Shown: in pieces, positions 26,897 to 36,640 of the stretch
How positions within the stretch are numbered: the first letter of the stretch is position 1
Layout of the letters: each line of letters begins with the position of its first letter
Notes under the pieces: model-generated
Seen by the model: only the letters and a program-made list of their open reading frames with translations
What the model was told of the DNA's origin: nothing
Databases searched by the model: none
Made by a program: the position numbers and the translations under genes
Assembly: GCA_934446135.1 (NCBI GenBank)
Contig: CAKSDT010000002.1
Coordinates: forward strand, 1-46,599
Source of the DNA: an uncultured Clostridia bacterium
GTDB taxonomy: Bacteria; Bacillota; Clostridia; RGIG6154
Direction of reading: 5' to 3'
Length of the DNA: 46,599 bases

Positions 26897-27299
26897 CCTC
26901 AATATGCTTGGAATAAGACAGCCTGAGATATACGGGAAAAATACTTATGAGGATTTGGTTAATCTTATAAAAAATCACAGAAGCGAAATTGAGTATGAAT
27001 TTTATCAGTCAAATCACGAAGGTGCAATAGTTGATAAAATTCAGGAAGCCTACCGAAAAAAAGATGCAATTGTGATAAACCCCGGTGCATACACCCATAC
27101 CAGTATTGCAATAAAAGACGCACTAAGCACTGTTTCAATTCCTTATGCTGAGGTACATATATCTGATGTTGATAAAAGGGAAGACTACAGAAAAATAAGT
27201 TACATAAGAGACGGTGCCGATATAACTGTAAAGGGTTTGGGATTCGATGGGTATTTGAAAGCGGTCGATTTCCTTTATGAAAGGTATGGTGCAAAATGA
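26868..27299 (+). CDS. aroQ: type II 3-dehydroquinate dehydratase
   Basis: [22 protein letters not shown] and [10 protein letters not shown] motifs. AGGAGG 9 nt upstream. 29-nt overlap with the aroE/K 3' end. Confidence 0.9.
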   Translation: [143 protein letters not shown]

Positions 27300-28504
27300 G
27301 GGCTTGTTTTAAAAAATGCAGCCTCAAAGGAAAAGTTCAGGCACCGCCCTCCAAAAGTATGGCACACAGATATCTTATTTTAAGTTATTTGTCGGGTGAA
27401 AAGTGCAAAGTTTCAAATATTGCTTTCTCAGAAGATATAAAAGCAACCCTAAACTGTCTTAAGAGGCTGGGTGCAAGTTTAGAGATGTCTGAAAATGAGG
27501 TTTTAATAAAAAAAACAGACTCCGATAAAATTCCGTTTCTGAATTGCAATGAAAGCGGAAGCACATTGAGATTTTTAATTCCCATAGCACTTACTTTGGA
27601 TAAAGAGGTGACATTTACGGGAACCGAAAAACTTTTTTCTAGGCCGCTTGATATATATGAAAAACTTTGCAGTGAAAAAGGTTTTTTGTTTAGAAAAGAA
27701 AATGACAAACTTACAGTCAAAGGAAAACTTTCGGGCGGGTCTTACACTGTAAGAGGCGATATAAGCAGTCAGTTTATATCAGGACTATTATTTGCACTAT
27801 CTTTAATTCCTGAAGAAAGTGTAATAAATGTTCTTCCGCCGTTTGAAAGTAAATCATATGTTTTGATGACTGCACAGAGCCTTAATGAGTTTGGGATAAA
27901 AGTTGATGTGACAGACAGGAACATCAGAATCAAAGGCGGAAAATATGTAAAAAGGGATAGTTTAATTGAGGGTGACTATTCAAATGCGGCATATATTGAA
28001 GGATTTAATCTTGCCGACGGAAACTGTGTTGAGATTTCGGGTCTTTCAAAATCAATACAGGGTGACAGAGTTTATAAGAAACTTTTTGAGCAACTTGAAA
28101 ATTTTTCAGAGATTGATATTTCGGACTGCCCTGATTTAGGACCTGTTCTTTTTGTAGGTGCAGCACTAAAATGCGGTGCGACTTTTAATGGGACAAAAAG
28201 ACTTGCGGCAAAAGAAAGCGACAGGGTTTCGGAAATGGCTGAAGAACTTAAAAAGTTCGGAATCAAAGTAGAGTGGACGGAAAACTCCGCGACGGTTGGG
28301 AAAGGAAATATTAAACCGCCTGACTGTGATTTGAGTTCTCATAACGACCACAGGGTTTTAATGGCTCTTTCGATACTTTTAAGCGTAACGGGAGGAACGA
28401 TTACCGGGGCAGAAGCCGTAAAAAAAAGTTTTCCCGATTATTTTGAAAAAATCAAACAACTTGGAGCAGAGGTGAAACTTACAGATGATAGTAGATGTGA
28501 CTAA
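27296..28504 (+). CDS. aroA: 3-phosphoshikimate 1-carboxyvinyltransferase (EPSP synthase)
   Basis: KSMAHR, NESGSTLRFL, DHRVLMA motifs. 402 aa. ATGA overlap with aroQ. Confidence 0.85.
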   Translation: MRACFKKCSLKGKVQAPPSKSMAHRYLILSYLSGEKCKVSNIAFSEDIKATLNCLKRLGASLEMSENEVLIKKTDSDKIPFLNCNESGSTLRFLIPIALTLDKEVTFTGTEKLFSRPLDIYEKLCSEKGFLFRKENDKLTVKGKLSGGSYTVRGDISSQFISGLLFALSLIPEESVINVLPPFESKSYVLMTAQSLNEFGIKVDVTDRNIRIKGGKYVKRDSLIEGDYSNAAYIEGFNLADGNCVEISGLSKSIQGDRVYKKLFEQLENFSEIDISDCPDLGPVLFVGAALKCGATFNGTKRLAAKESDRVSEMAEELKKFGIKVEWTENSATVGKGNIKPPDCDLSSHNDHRVLMALSILLSVTGGTITGAEAVKKSFPDYFEKIKQLGAEVKLTDDSRCD

Positions 28505-29339
28505 AAATATACTTATAGTAGGACTGGGACTTTTGGGCGGAAGTTATGCAAAAGGACTTAAAAAATACGGTTTTAAAATAAGTGCAATTTCAAAAAAGGA
28601 AAGTGAAATTGAATACGGTATAAAAAATGGCATAATAGATGACGGTGCCGCTTTTGCAGATGAAAACTTAATAAAGAAAGCGGATATAATAATATTTGCG
28701 GTTTATCCGCACACTATTCCGGAATGGATAAAATCTTATCAGCACCTTTTTAAAAAAAATGTTTTAATAACTGATGTAACCGGTGTTAAGGGCTGCATAG
28801 TTTATAAAATTCAGGATTTACTCAGAGAAGACGCTGAATTTATAGGTGCTCATCCTATGGCGGGCCGCGAAGTATCCGGTGTGGAAAACAGTACTGATGA
28901 GATGTTTAAAGGTGCAAATTATATTATTACACCGACTGACAAAAATACCGACGCTGCAATAGAAACATGCAGAGAAATAGGGCATCTTCTTGGATTTTCT
29001 TCGGTTTCGGTGCTTTCGCCCGAAGAGCATGACGAAATGATAGGTTTTCTTTCACAACTTACTCACTGCATCGCAGTATCGCTTATGACTTGCAATGACT
29101 GCGAGCATCTTGAAAAGTTTACGGGAGATTCTTTCCGTGACCTTACAAGAATAGCAAAAATCAATGACGAAATGTGGAGCGAACTTTTCATAGATAACAA
29201 AAAATCTTTACTTACCCAAATGGAAATGTTTGAAAATCAGTTTAACAAACTTAAAGAGACACTTCAGAATGAGGACAGAGAAGGAATGCGTAAAATAATG
29301 CGTGCATCAACAGTAAGAAGAAAAAAATTTGACAAATAA
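28485..29339 (+). CDS. tyrA: prephenate dehydrogenase
   Basis: IVGLGLLGGS Rossmann loop and the GAHPMAG motif. 20-nt overlap with aroA. Confidence 0.85.
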   Translation: MIVDVTKNILIVGLGLLGGSYAKGLKKYGFKISAISKKESEIEYGIKNGIIDDGAAFADENLIKKADIIIFAVYPHTIPEWIKSYQHLFKKNVLITDVTGVKGCIVYKIQDLLREDAEFIGAHPMAGREVSGVENSTDEMFKGANYIITPTDKNTDAAIETCREIGHLLGFSSVSVLSPEEHDEMIGFLSQLTHCIAVSLMTCNDCEHLEKFTGDSFRDLTRIAKINDEMWSELFIDNKKSLLTQMEMFENQFNKLKETLQNEDREGMRKIMRASTVRRKKFDK

Positions 29340-29353
29340 GGAGGAAAGATACA

Positions 29354-30382
29354 ATGAATATGGAATTTATCAGAAAATTGCCTATACCTATGGAGATTAA
29401 GAAGCAGTATCCGATGACGGAAGAAATGGTTAAATTAAAAGAGGACAGGGACGAACAAATTAAAAAAATCTTAGACGGCAGAGATGACAGACTTCTTGTT
29501 ATAATAGGCCCGTGTTCGGCGGATAACGAGGATAGCGTTTTGGATTATCTCGGCAGGCTCAAAAAACTTGATGAACAAGTAAATGAAAAACTTATGATTG
29601 TTCCTAGAATTTATACCAATAAGCCAAGAACTACCGGAGACGGCTATAAAGGTATGCTTCATCAGCCTGACCCTAACAGCGAATCCGATATGCTTAAAGG
29701 TCTTATATCTATAAGGAATCTTCATATAAGAGCAATAAAAGAGATAGGTTTTACCTGTGCAGATGAAATGCTTTATACTGAAAATCACCGTTATCTTTCA
29801 GACCTTTTGTCTTATGTTGCGGTAGGTGCAAGGTCTGTTGAAAATCAACAGCACAGACTCACATCAAGCGGACTTGCAATTCCCGTAGGTCTTAAAAATC
29901 CTACCGGCGGAGATATTTCGGTTCTTATGAATTCAATTACTGCGGCTCAGCATCCCCATACATTTGTATACAGAGGTTGGGAAGTTAAAAGCAAAGGCAA
30001 TCCCTATGCACATGCAATACTCAGGGGATATGTCGATAAAAGAGGTCAGTCGATACCGAATTATCATTATGAAGATTTGGTTCACCTTTGCGAAAACTAT
30101 GAAAAACACGATCTTGCAAACCCCGGCGTTATTATTGACACAAATCATGCAAATTCAGGAAAGCAGTATGACCAGCAGCCGAGAATTGCAAAAGAGGTTC
30201 TTCACAGTTGCCGTCATAATAACGATGTCAAGAAACTTGTCAAAGGACTTATGATTGAAAGTTATATTGAAGACGGAAGTTGTAAGGCGAGCGAGAGAAT
30301 ATACGGTAAATCAATAACCGATCCGTGCCTCGGTTGGGAAAAAACTGAAAGGCTTGTGTTGGATCTTGCAGAATTATTATAG
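29354..30382 (+). CDS. aroF: 3-deoxy-7-phosphoheptulonate (DAHP) synthase, class I alpha-like
   Basis: LLVIIGPCS, YTNKPRTT and GYKGMLHQPDP are motifs of AroF/G/H-type enzymes. TAG stop at 30380-30382. Confidence 0.85.
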   Translation: MNMEFIRKLPIPMEIKKQYPMTEEMVKLKEDRDEQIKKILDGRDDRLLVIIGPCSADNEDSVLDYLGRLKKLDEQVNEKLMIVPRIYTNKPRTTGDGYKGMLHQPDPNSESDMLKGLISIRNLHIRAIKEIGFTCADEMLYTENHRYLSDLLSYVAVGARSVENQQHRLTSSGLAIPVGLKNPTGGDISVLMNSITAAQHPHTFVYRGWEVKSKGNPYAHAILRGYVDKRGQSIPNYHYEDLVHLCENYEKHDLANPGVIIDTNHANSGKQYDQQPRIAKEVLHSCRHNNDVKKLVKGLMIESYIEDGSCKASERIYGKSITDPCLGWEKTERLVLDLAELL

Positions 30383-30390
30383 TTTGGTAA

Positions 30391-30441
30391 TCATTATAAA
30401 AAAGACTGTTCCGTCTTTTGGAACAGTCTTTTTTATAATGA
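30391..30441. terminator. bidirectional terminator with perfect 22-nt arms
   Basis: TCATTATAAAAAAGACTGTTCC (30391-30412) pairs with GGAACAGTCTTTTTTATAATGA (30420-30441). It lies between convergent aroF and the symporter gene. Confidence 0.8.
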
Positions 30442-30443
30442 TT

Positions 30444-31889
30444 TTATCTGTCAGTTATTTCTCCGGATTTTAATCTGTTAAAGTAACTCTTTGTTTCCTT
30501 TGCAACAACACCGCTTAATGCAATGAGGGCAATAAGGTTCGGTATAGCCATAAGTGCATTGAATATATCTGCCAAAGTCCATACTATTGAAACCGTAAGG
30601 AAAGGTCCGATAAATACAGCAACTATGTATAAAACTTTATATGCCATAAGAACACCTTTTTTGTTGCCTAATAAGTACTCAAGACATCTTTCTGCATAGT
30701 ATGCCCATCCCAGAATGGTTGTAAATGCAAAGAATGCAAGACACAGCATAAGTATCAGCGAACAAACTGAATCGTTAAAAGGAAGACCTCTTTCAAATGC
30801 CATAGTTGTAACCGCAGCACCTTTTAAGGTCCCGCTTACCGCTTCTTCCCATGAACCTGTAAGAACAATTGAAAGTCCTGTCATTGTACAGACAACTATA
30901 GTGTCGAGAAATGTGCCTGTCATACAAACAAGGCCCTGACGAACAGGTTCTTTTGTTTTGGCGGCAGCTGCTGCAATAGGTGCCGAGCCAAGACCTGCTT
31001 CGTTGGAAAAGATACCTCTTGCAATACCCATTTGCATAGCATCTTTCATTGCAATTTTAACAGTTATGCCTGCAATACCGCCCAAAATTGCCTGCGGATA
31101 AAATGCTGCTTTGCAAACCATTGCAACAGCACCCGGGATTTTCTCAATATTTGTAAACACCAATGTTAATGCACTTACAACATAAACTATAACCATAAAA
31201 GGAACAACAATTTCAGATACTTTTGAAATTCTTTTAATACCGCCTATTACAACAAGTGCAACAAAGACAGTTACTACAATTGCAGCAATAACTGTTGCCC
31301 AGGTATAGTCATTTCCCGGAAGAGAAAAGGCAATGTGCCGGCTGTTCGGGTCAAAAAAGTTTTGAACAGCAGAAACTATACCGTTAATCTGTGTTATTGT
31401 TCCTATACCCATAATACCCGCCAATGCACCGAATATTGCAAATAAAACTGCAAGCCACTTAAAGTTTTTGCCCATACCTTTTTCAATGTAGTAAAAAGGT
31501 CCGCCCAAAACTTTCCCGTCCTTACCGATTTCTCTGAACTTAACTGCTAAAAGGCCCTCGGAATATTTTGTTGCCATTCCGAAAAATGCTGCAACTTCCA
31601 TCCAGAAAAGAGCACCCGGACCGCCGGCAGCAATTGCAGTTGCAACACCTACTATGTTACCTGTTCCTATTGTTGCAGACAGTGCCGTGCATAAAGCACC
31701 GAAACTTGTAACTTCTCCTTCTCCGTCTTCTTCTGTGTGAAACATATACCTGAATGCCTTCGGCAGATGGAATATCTGAATAAATCCCGTTCTTACCGAT
31801 AGCAGCACGCCTACAAAGATTATTCCGACTATAAGTGGAACACCCCAGACATATCCGTCGATTTTTTCTATTATCTCTGTAAATGTCAT
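30444..31889 (-). CDS. alanine/glycine:cation symporter (AGCS family)
   Basis: About 481 aa polytopic protein with AGCS-type motifs (ALSATIGTGNIVGVATAI, GGPGALFWM). Start taken at the ATG 8 nt after GGAGG. Confidence 0.85.
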   Translation of the reverse strand: MTFTEIIEKIDGYVWGVPLIVGIIFVGVLLSVRTGFIQIFHLPKAFRYMFHTEEDGEGEVTSFGALCTALSATIGTGNIVGVATAIAAGGPGALFWMEVAAFFGMATKYSEGLLAVKFREIGKDGKVLGGPFYYIEKGMGKNFKWLAVLFAIFGALAGIMGIGTITQINGIVSAVQNFFDPNSRHIAFSLPGNDYTWATVIAAIVVTVFVALVVIGGIKRISKVSEIVVPFMVIVYVVSALTLVFTNIEKIPGAVAMVCKAAFYPQAILGGIAGITVKIAMKDAMQMGIARGIFSNEAGLGSAPIAAAAAKTKEPVRQGLVCMTGTFLDTIVVCTMTGLSIVLTGSWEEAVSGTLKGAAVTTMAFERGLPFNDSVCSLILMLCLAFFAFTTILGWAYYAERCLEYLLGNKKGVLMAYKVLYIVAVFIGPFLTVSIVWTLADIFNALMAIPNLIALIALSGVVAKETKSYFNRLKSGEITDR

Positions 31890-31925
31890 CAAGTTAACCT
31901 CCAATAAAAAACAAAATATGTATAT

Positions 31926-31953
31926 ATTCTACCATAAATTTATAATTTTGCAA
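31926..31953 (-). promoter_or_regulatory. candidate promoter for the symporter gene (TTGCAA, 16 nt spacer, TGgTAGAAT)
   Basis: On the minus strand, TTGCAA is at 31953-31948 and TAGAAT at 31931-31926 with an upstream TG. Confidence 0.4.
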
Positions 31954-32088
31954 TATTTTTACTGAAAAAAATTTCTCTTAGCAAAATTTTAACGGAAAAA
32001 ATGCAATTTTATCTGTTTTTTTAAAGAAAAACGGTTTATTTTATTGGAAATTTGTGTTAAAATCTATTTTTGAGAGGTAATTAAAGTT

Positions 32089-33150
32089 ATGAGTACTAAA
32101 AAATCAGAATTCTTTTCATTTACAGGAAGAAATTTGCTGATCTTTGTTTGTATTATTATACTTACTCCGGTTTCCTGCAACATTATACTTTACTTTGACA
32201 GCCATACGGATGTGGGAACAATTTTCCTTTTATCTGTGTTTTTAACGGCACTTTTTACATCCGGGTACTTTTTTTCATCTTTTGCGTCGCTGATAAGTGT
32301 TGTGGAACTCAATTATTTTTACATATATCCTTATAATGAGTTCAATTTAACAAATGCAGGCAACCTTACTACAAGTATAAGTATATTTACCGTTGCAATA
32401 GTTACATCGTTTATAACTTCGCATAGAAAGAGCCAGCAAAAAATCAAAGAAATTGCACAGAAAGAAAAAATGCAAGGCACTCTTCTGCGTGCAATCAGTC
32501 ACGACTTAAGAACGCCGCTTACTTCCATATCGGGTATAGCAAATCTTATAAGCGAGGAGAAAGAACTTAGTAAAAAAGATATTTCGGAACTTGCAAAGAG
32601 TATAAGACAGGAAGCAGATTGGTTGGTAAGAATGGTTGAAAATTTGCTTACCGTGACCAAAATTACGGGCTCGGGACAGGATATAGATAAAGAGCCTGAA
32701 ATAATAGATGAAATTTGTGCAGAAGTTTCAAATAAAATTAAACTGAGATATAAAAATCTTAATGTGAAAGTATCAGTTTCTGAGGATCTTATGTTTGTGC
32801 CGATGGATGCTCTTTTGATTGAACAGGTTATGATAAATATTGTAGATAACTCGGTAAAGCATGGAAAATACGCACAAAAAATACATATCGAAGCGGCAAG
32901 GGAAGATAATTACGCACGCATTTCTGTAATTGATGACGGATGCGGAATGGATGAAAATCTTATAAAGATGTGGTTTGAGGAAGATATCGACAAGCATAAA
33001 ATTAATGAACAGGATACCACCAAAAATATGGGTATAGGACTTTCAGTATGCAAAGTCATAGTAAAAGCACATAAAGGAAGAATTGAGGCAGAAAAAGCGT
33101 TGCCGCACGGATTAAATGTGAGTATTTACTTGCCGTTGGGAGGAGAATAA
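32089..33150 (+). CDS. sensor histidine kinase, KdpD C-terminal-type (DUF4118-like membrane domain + HisKA + HATPase_c), lacking the KdpD N-terminal/Usp domains
   Basis: 353 aa. Four TM segments, then the H-box LLRAISHDLRTPLTSI and the N/G boxes (NSVKHG, DDGCGMD, GIGLSVCK). Confidence 0.8.
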   Translation: MSTKKSEFFSFTGRNLLIFVCIIILTPVSCNIILYFDSHTDVGTIFLLSVFLTALFTSGYFFSSFASLISVVELNYFYIYPYNEFNLTNAGNLTTSISIFTVAIVTSFITSHRKSQQKIKEIAQKEKMQGTLLRAISHDLRTPLTSISGIANLISEEKELSKKDISELAKSIRQEADWLVRMVENLLTVTKITGSGQDIDKEPEIIDEICAEVSNKIKLRYKNLNVKVSVSEDLMFVPMDALLIEQVMINIVDNSVKHGKYAQKIHIEAAREDNYARISVIDDGCGMDENLIKMWFEEDIDKHKINEQDTTKNMGIGLSVCKVIVKAHKGRIEAEKALPHGLNVSIYLPLGGE

Positions 33151-33152
33151 TT

Positions 33153-33860
33153 ATGCAGGAAACAAAAAGTTCGGTTTTGTTAATTGAAGATGAAGAAAAT
33201 ATAGCAAGATTAATAGCTGCGGTTTTAAGACAAAGCGGATATCGTGTTGTTTGGGCGGGAAACGGTGCAGATGCTTTACGCAGTGTTAATGAATTTCCGC
33301 CGGAAATAATACTGCTTGATTTGGGGCTCCCGGATATTGACGGAACAGAAATACTTGAGAAAGCAAAAGGATGGACCAATATTCCGATAATAGTTATTTC
33401 TGCAAGGGACAGTGAACAGGATAAGGTCGAAGCACTTGATCTTGGTGCTGATGATTATATGACCAAACCTTTCGGAAACGAAGAATTACTTGCAAGAATG
33501 AGAACCGCCTTAAGACATAAAAGGGCAAGTTTTGATGAGGACTTAACGAAAACGGCAAAATTTACCTGCGGCGGACTTTCAATCGATTTTGGCAGCAGAA
33601 TTGTTATGGTTGACGGTGAAAAAGTGCATCTTACACAAATCGAATTTAAGATGGTTCAGTTGCTTTGTAAGTATGCAGGCAGGGTTTTGACATACGATTA
33701 TATCTTAAAGCAGATATGGGGTCCCTATGCCGGCAGTGACAATAAAATACTCAGAGTTAATATGGCGAACATAAGAAGAAAACTTGAAAAGAATCCGGCA
33801 GAACCGAGATATATCTTCACGGAAGCAGGTGTTGGATATAAAATGGCTGCCGGTAAGTAA
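33153..33860 (+). CDS. OmpR-family response regulator (KdpE-like)
   Basis: REC domain (LLIEDEE, ILLDLGLPDIDG, MTKPF) and a winged-helix domain (LTQIEFKMVQLL, GVGYKM). Confidence 0.85.
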   Translation: MQETKSSVLLIEDEENIARLIAAVLRQSGYRVVWAGNGADALRSVNEFPPEIILLDLGLPDIDGTEILEKAKGWTNIPIIVISARDSEQDKVEALDLGADDYMTKPFGNEELLARMRTALRHKRASFDEDLTKTAKFTCGGLSIDFGSRIVMVDGEKVHLTQIEFKMVQLLCKYAGRVLTYDYILKQIWGPYAGSDNKILRVNMANIRRKLEKNPAEPRYIFTEAGVGYKMAAGK

Positions 33861-33867
33861 TTGGCAC

Positions 33868-33896
33868 TTGAATTTGCCTGTTGTTTATGATATACT
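33868..33896 (+). promoter_or_regulatory. candidate promoter (TTGAAT, 17 nt spacer, TGaTATACT)
   Basis: TTGAAT at 33868-33873 and TATACT at 33891-33896, upstream of the DUF1385 gene. Confidence 0.4.
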
Positions 33897-33952
33897 ATAC
33901 ATTAAAGAATTTTAGTTACAAAACAATGAATACAGGTAATGAGGAAAAATAT

Positions 33953-34885
33953 ATGAATAAAGAAATACACAAAACCTCCATAGGCGGTCAGGCAGTTATG
34001 GAAGGGGTTATGATGAAAGGACCCGAAAAGACCGCAATATCGGTCAGAAAGCCTGACGGTGAAATCGTAACCGATATTAAAAGCAATGCAAAAATCACAA
34101 GAAACGTTTTTTTTAAACTTCCTGTAATAAGAGGATGTGTGGCATTTTTTGATTCGCTTATAACAGGAACAAAGGCACTTATGTATTCTGCCGATTTTGT
34201 TGATTTGGAAGATGAAACAGAATCGAAGTTTGACAAGTGGCTTGAAAGAGTTTTTGGTGATAAAATCAAAGATATAGTTATTTACTTTTCGGTAATAATT
34301 TCCGTTATCTTTTCTGTAGGTCTTTTTATACTTTTGCCGAACTGGATTGCAAGTTTTATTAAACTTGCGGTGAAGTCAAAGTTTGTCTTAAACTTTTGCG
34401 AAGGAATTATAAGAATATTGATATTTTTGACATATTTGTGGGCAGTTTCAAAAATGCCGGATATAAAGCGTGTTTTTGAGTACCACGGTGCAGAACATAA
34501 GACCATTGCATGCTATGAGGCGGGGGAAAAACTTACTCCGGAAAATGCAAAGAAATTTACAAGGCTTCACCCAAGATGCGGAACAAGTTTTTTGTTTATT
34601 GTTATGATAGTAAGTATTATTTGTTTTTCCGTTCTTTCATGGGATGTTAATGTAGTAGTAAGGAGCCTGTCAAGGATTGCTCTTATGCCTGTAGTTGCCG
34701 GAATTTCATATGAAATTATAAAATATGCCGGAAGACATGATAATGTTTTAACAAAAATAGTAAGTTATCCGGGCCTTTGTCTTCAAAAGATTACGACAAA
34801 CGAACCCGATGAATCTCAACTTGAAGTTGCAATTGCTTCAATGAAGGCAGTTATTCCGGAAAATCCCGAAGAGGATAAGTGGTAA
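33953..34885 (+). CDS. DUF1385-family membrane protein (YqhQ-like)
   Basis: GGQAVMEGVMMKG N-terminal hallmark, HGAEHK and RCGTSF motifs, several TM segments. Start taken at the ATG after GAGGA. Confidence 0.75.
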   Translation: MNKEIHKTSIGGQAVMEGVMMKGPEKTAISVRKPDGEIVTDIKSNAKITRNVFFKLPVIRGCVAFFDSLITGTKALMYSADFVDLEDETESKFDKWLERVFGDKIKDIVIYFSVIISVIFSVGLFILLPNWIASFIKLAVKSKFVLNFCEGIIRILIFLTYLWAVSKMPDIKRVFEYHGAEHKTIACYEAGEKLTPENAKKFTRLHPRCGTSFLFIVMIVSIICFSVLSWDVNVVVRSLSRIALMPVVAGISYEIIKYAGRHDNVLTKIVSYPGLCLQKITTNEPDESQLEVAIASMKAVIPENPEEDKW

Positions 34886-34886
34886 T

Positions 34887-35714
34887 ATGAAACTCAGTCA
34901 GGCGTACAAAAAAGCACAGGAATGTTTAAAAAATCAGGGTGCGGATTATATATCTGACGCCCGTTTTTTGTTGACATCATTTATAGATAAGGATTTTTCC
35001 TATATGTTGCTTCATCCTGATGAGGAAATTGACTTTGCAGAATTTGAAAAACTTCTGGAAAAAAGGTTGGCCGGAGTTCCGGTTCAGTATATAACAGGAT
35101 TTACAGAATTTATGGGACTTAAGTTTAAGGTAAATGAAAATGTTCTTGTCCCGAGGCAGGATACTGAAATTCTTGTTGAAACTGTAATATCACTCAAAAA
35201 GGAAAGTCCCGATATTTTGGATGTATGCACAGGTTCCGGCTGCATAATAATTTCGCTTCTTAAATATATTAAGGATTCAAACGGTACGGCAATAGATGTT
35301 TCAGAAAAAGCACTTAATATTGCAAAACAAAATGCAAAGGGAAACGGAACGGATATAAGTTTTATCAGGGAAGATGTTTTGAAACTTGAATCTTTCGATA
35401 AAAAATATGATGTAATTGTTTCAAATCCGCCGTATATAGAAACTAATGTTATAGAAACCCGGGATGAAAAAGTTAAAAATTATGAACCGAAGATTGCTCT
35501 TGACGGCGGCGGGGACGGACTTTTATTTTACAGAAAAATTACCGGACTTGCAAAAAACGCTTTCAATAAAGACGGATATTTGCTCTATGAAATAGGATAT
35601 AATCAGGGAGAAAAAGTAAAAAAAATAATGTCTGAAAAAGGGTTTTCGGATGTTTTAATAATAAAAGACTATCAGGGAAACGACAGAGTAGTATACGGAA
35701 AGGCAGGCTTTTAG
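34887..35714 (+). CDS. prmC: peptide chain release factor N5-glutamine methyltransferase
   Basis: VPVQYITG, DVCTGSGCI and SNPPYI motifs. Confidence 0.9.
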   Translation: MKLSQAYKKAQECLKNQGADYISDARFLLTSFIDKDFSYMLLHPDEEIDFAEFEKLLEKRLAGVPVQYITGFTEFMGLKFKVNENVLVPRQDTEILVETVISLKKESPDILDVCTGSGCIIISLLKYIKDSNGTAIDVSEKALNIAKQNAKGNGTDISFIREDVLKLESFDKKYDVIVSNPPYIETNVIETRDEKVKNYEPKIALDGGGDGLLFYRKITGLAKNAFNKDGYLLYEIGYNQGEKVKKIMSEKGFSDVLIIKDYQGNDRVVYGKAGF

Positions 35715-35715
35715 T

Positions 35716-36636
35716 ATGATACCTTGCAACATAACGGTACTTGGAAATATGTATGTTGAAACTTTGGTTAAAACTCCTAAGTTTTGCTCTGACAAAGAAG
35801 TAAAAGCCGAAAGTTTTGACTTAAATTGCAGCGGTTTTGGATTTTTGCAGTCAACGGCAATTGCAAAACTCGGGGCAAATGTAAAAGTTTTGGGGTGTGT
35901 CGGAAATGATTTGTACGGCAAAGTGATACTCTCGTGCCTTAAAAAGGAAAATGTTGTTTCGGACGGGGTAAGGCTTGAAGGCAGTCCTACAGGCTCAATG
36001 GTAAATATTAACTGCGAAGTACAAAACTATTCTGTTTATTACGGCGGGGCAAATGAAAAAATTTCATCGGAATATATAGAAAGTTCGGTGAGGGTTTTAA
36101 GAAATACTGATTTTTTGGTCTTGGGAAATAAAATTGACCCTGTTTTATTAAGCACACTTTCAAATCTTTGTAAAAATTGTAAAACGAAAATTATCTATTC
36201 GGCGTTTAATCCCGAAAAGTTAAGTAAAAATGCAGTCCGCACAGCAGATATCAATGTTTTGGGTTCAAAATGCGTGACATACCTTACAGATATCGATATA
36301 ACCGATAACATCAGCGGAAAAAAGGCGGCAGAAAAACTTAAAACTATGGCTAAGGGAACAATAGTTATTTATTCCGAAGACTGCGGAGGAATATATGACG
36401 GAGGCTCTGCGGTTAAAATTATGGAACCTTATAAAAGCAGTTTTAAGTGCGGCGGAGATGTTAAGTTTATGGGGTTTACCGCAGCTTATGTGACTGCACT
36501 TTCAAAATATGCAATAAATGATGATGCAGTTGATTTTGCACTTTATACGGCGGAATGTTCTGCCGTTAAGGGTCAGACACCTTATATGAATGAGTTAAGG
36601 GAAAAAGTTTTTAAAGATAAAGTTGAAAGGAAATGA
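35716..36636 (+). CDS. PfkB/ribokinase-family carbohydrate kinase-like protein (divergent active-site motifs)
   Basis: 306 aa with ribokinase-like architecture. The usual GG switch reads SGFGF, and the C-terminal DTxGAGD motif reads FKCGGDVKF. Confidence 0.55.
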   Translation: MIPCNITVLGNMYVETLVKTPKFCSDKEVKAESFDLNCSGFGFLQSTAIAKLGANVKVLGCVGNDLYGKVILSCLKKENVVSDGVRLEGSPTGSMVNINCEVQNYSVYYGGANEKISSEYIESSVRVLRNTDFLVLGNKIDPVLLSTLSNLCKNCKTKIIYSAFNPEKLSKNAVRTADINVLGSKCVTYLTDIDITDNISGKKAAEKLKTMAKGTIVIYSEDCGGIYDGGSAVKIMEPYKSSFKCGGDVKFMGFTAAYVTALSKYAINDDAVDFALYTAECSAVKGQTPYMNELREKVFKDKVERK

Positions 36637-36640
36637 TGTA

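Noticed and set aside
31890-32088. Glycine riboswitch upstream of the alanine/glycine:cation symporter gene
   Set aside because: The minus-strand leader is short and almost devoid of G/C. I see no conserved riboswitch core (GGAGAG...CACCG-like elements).
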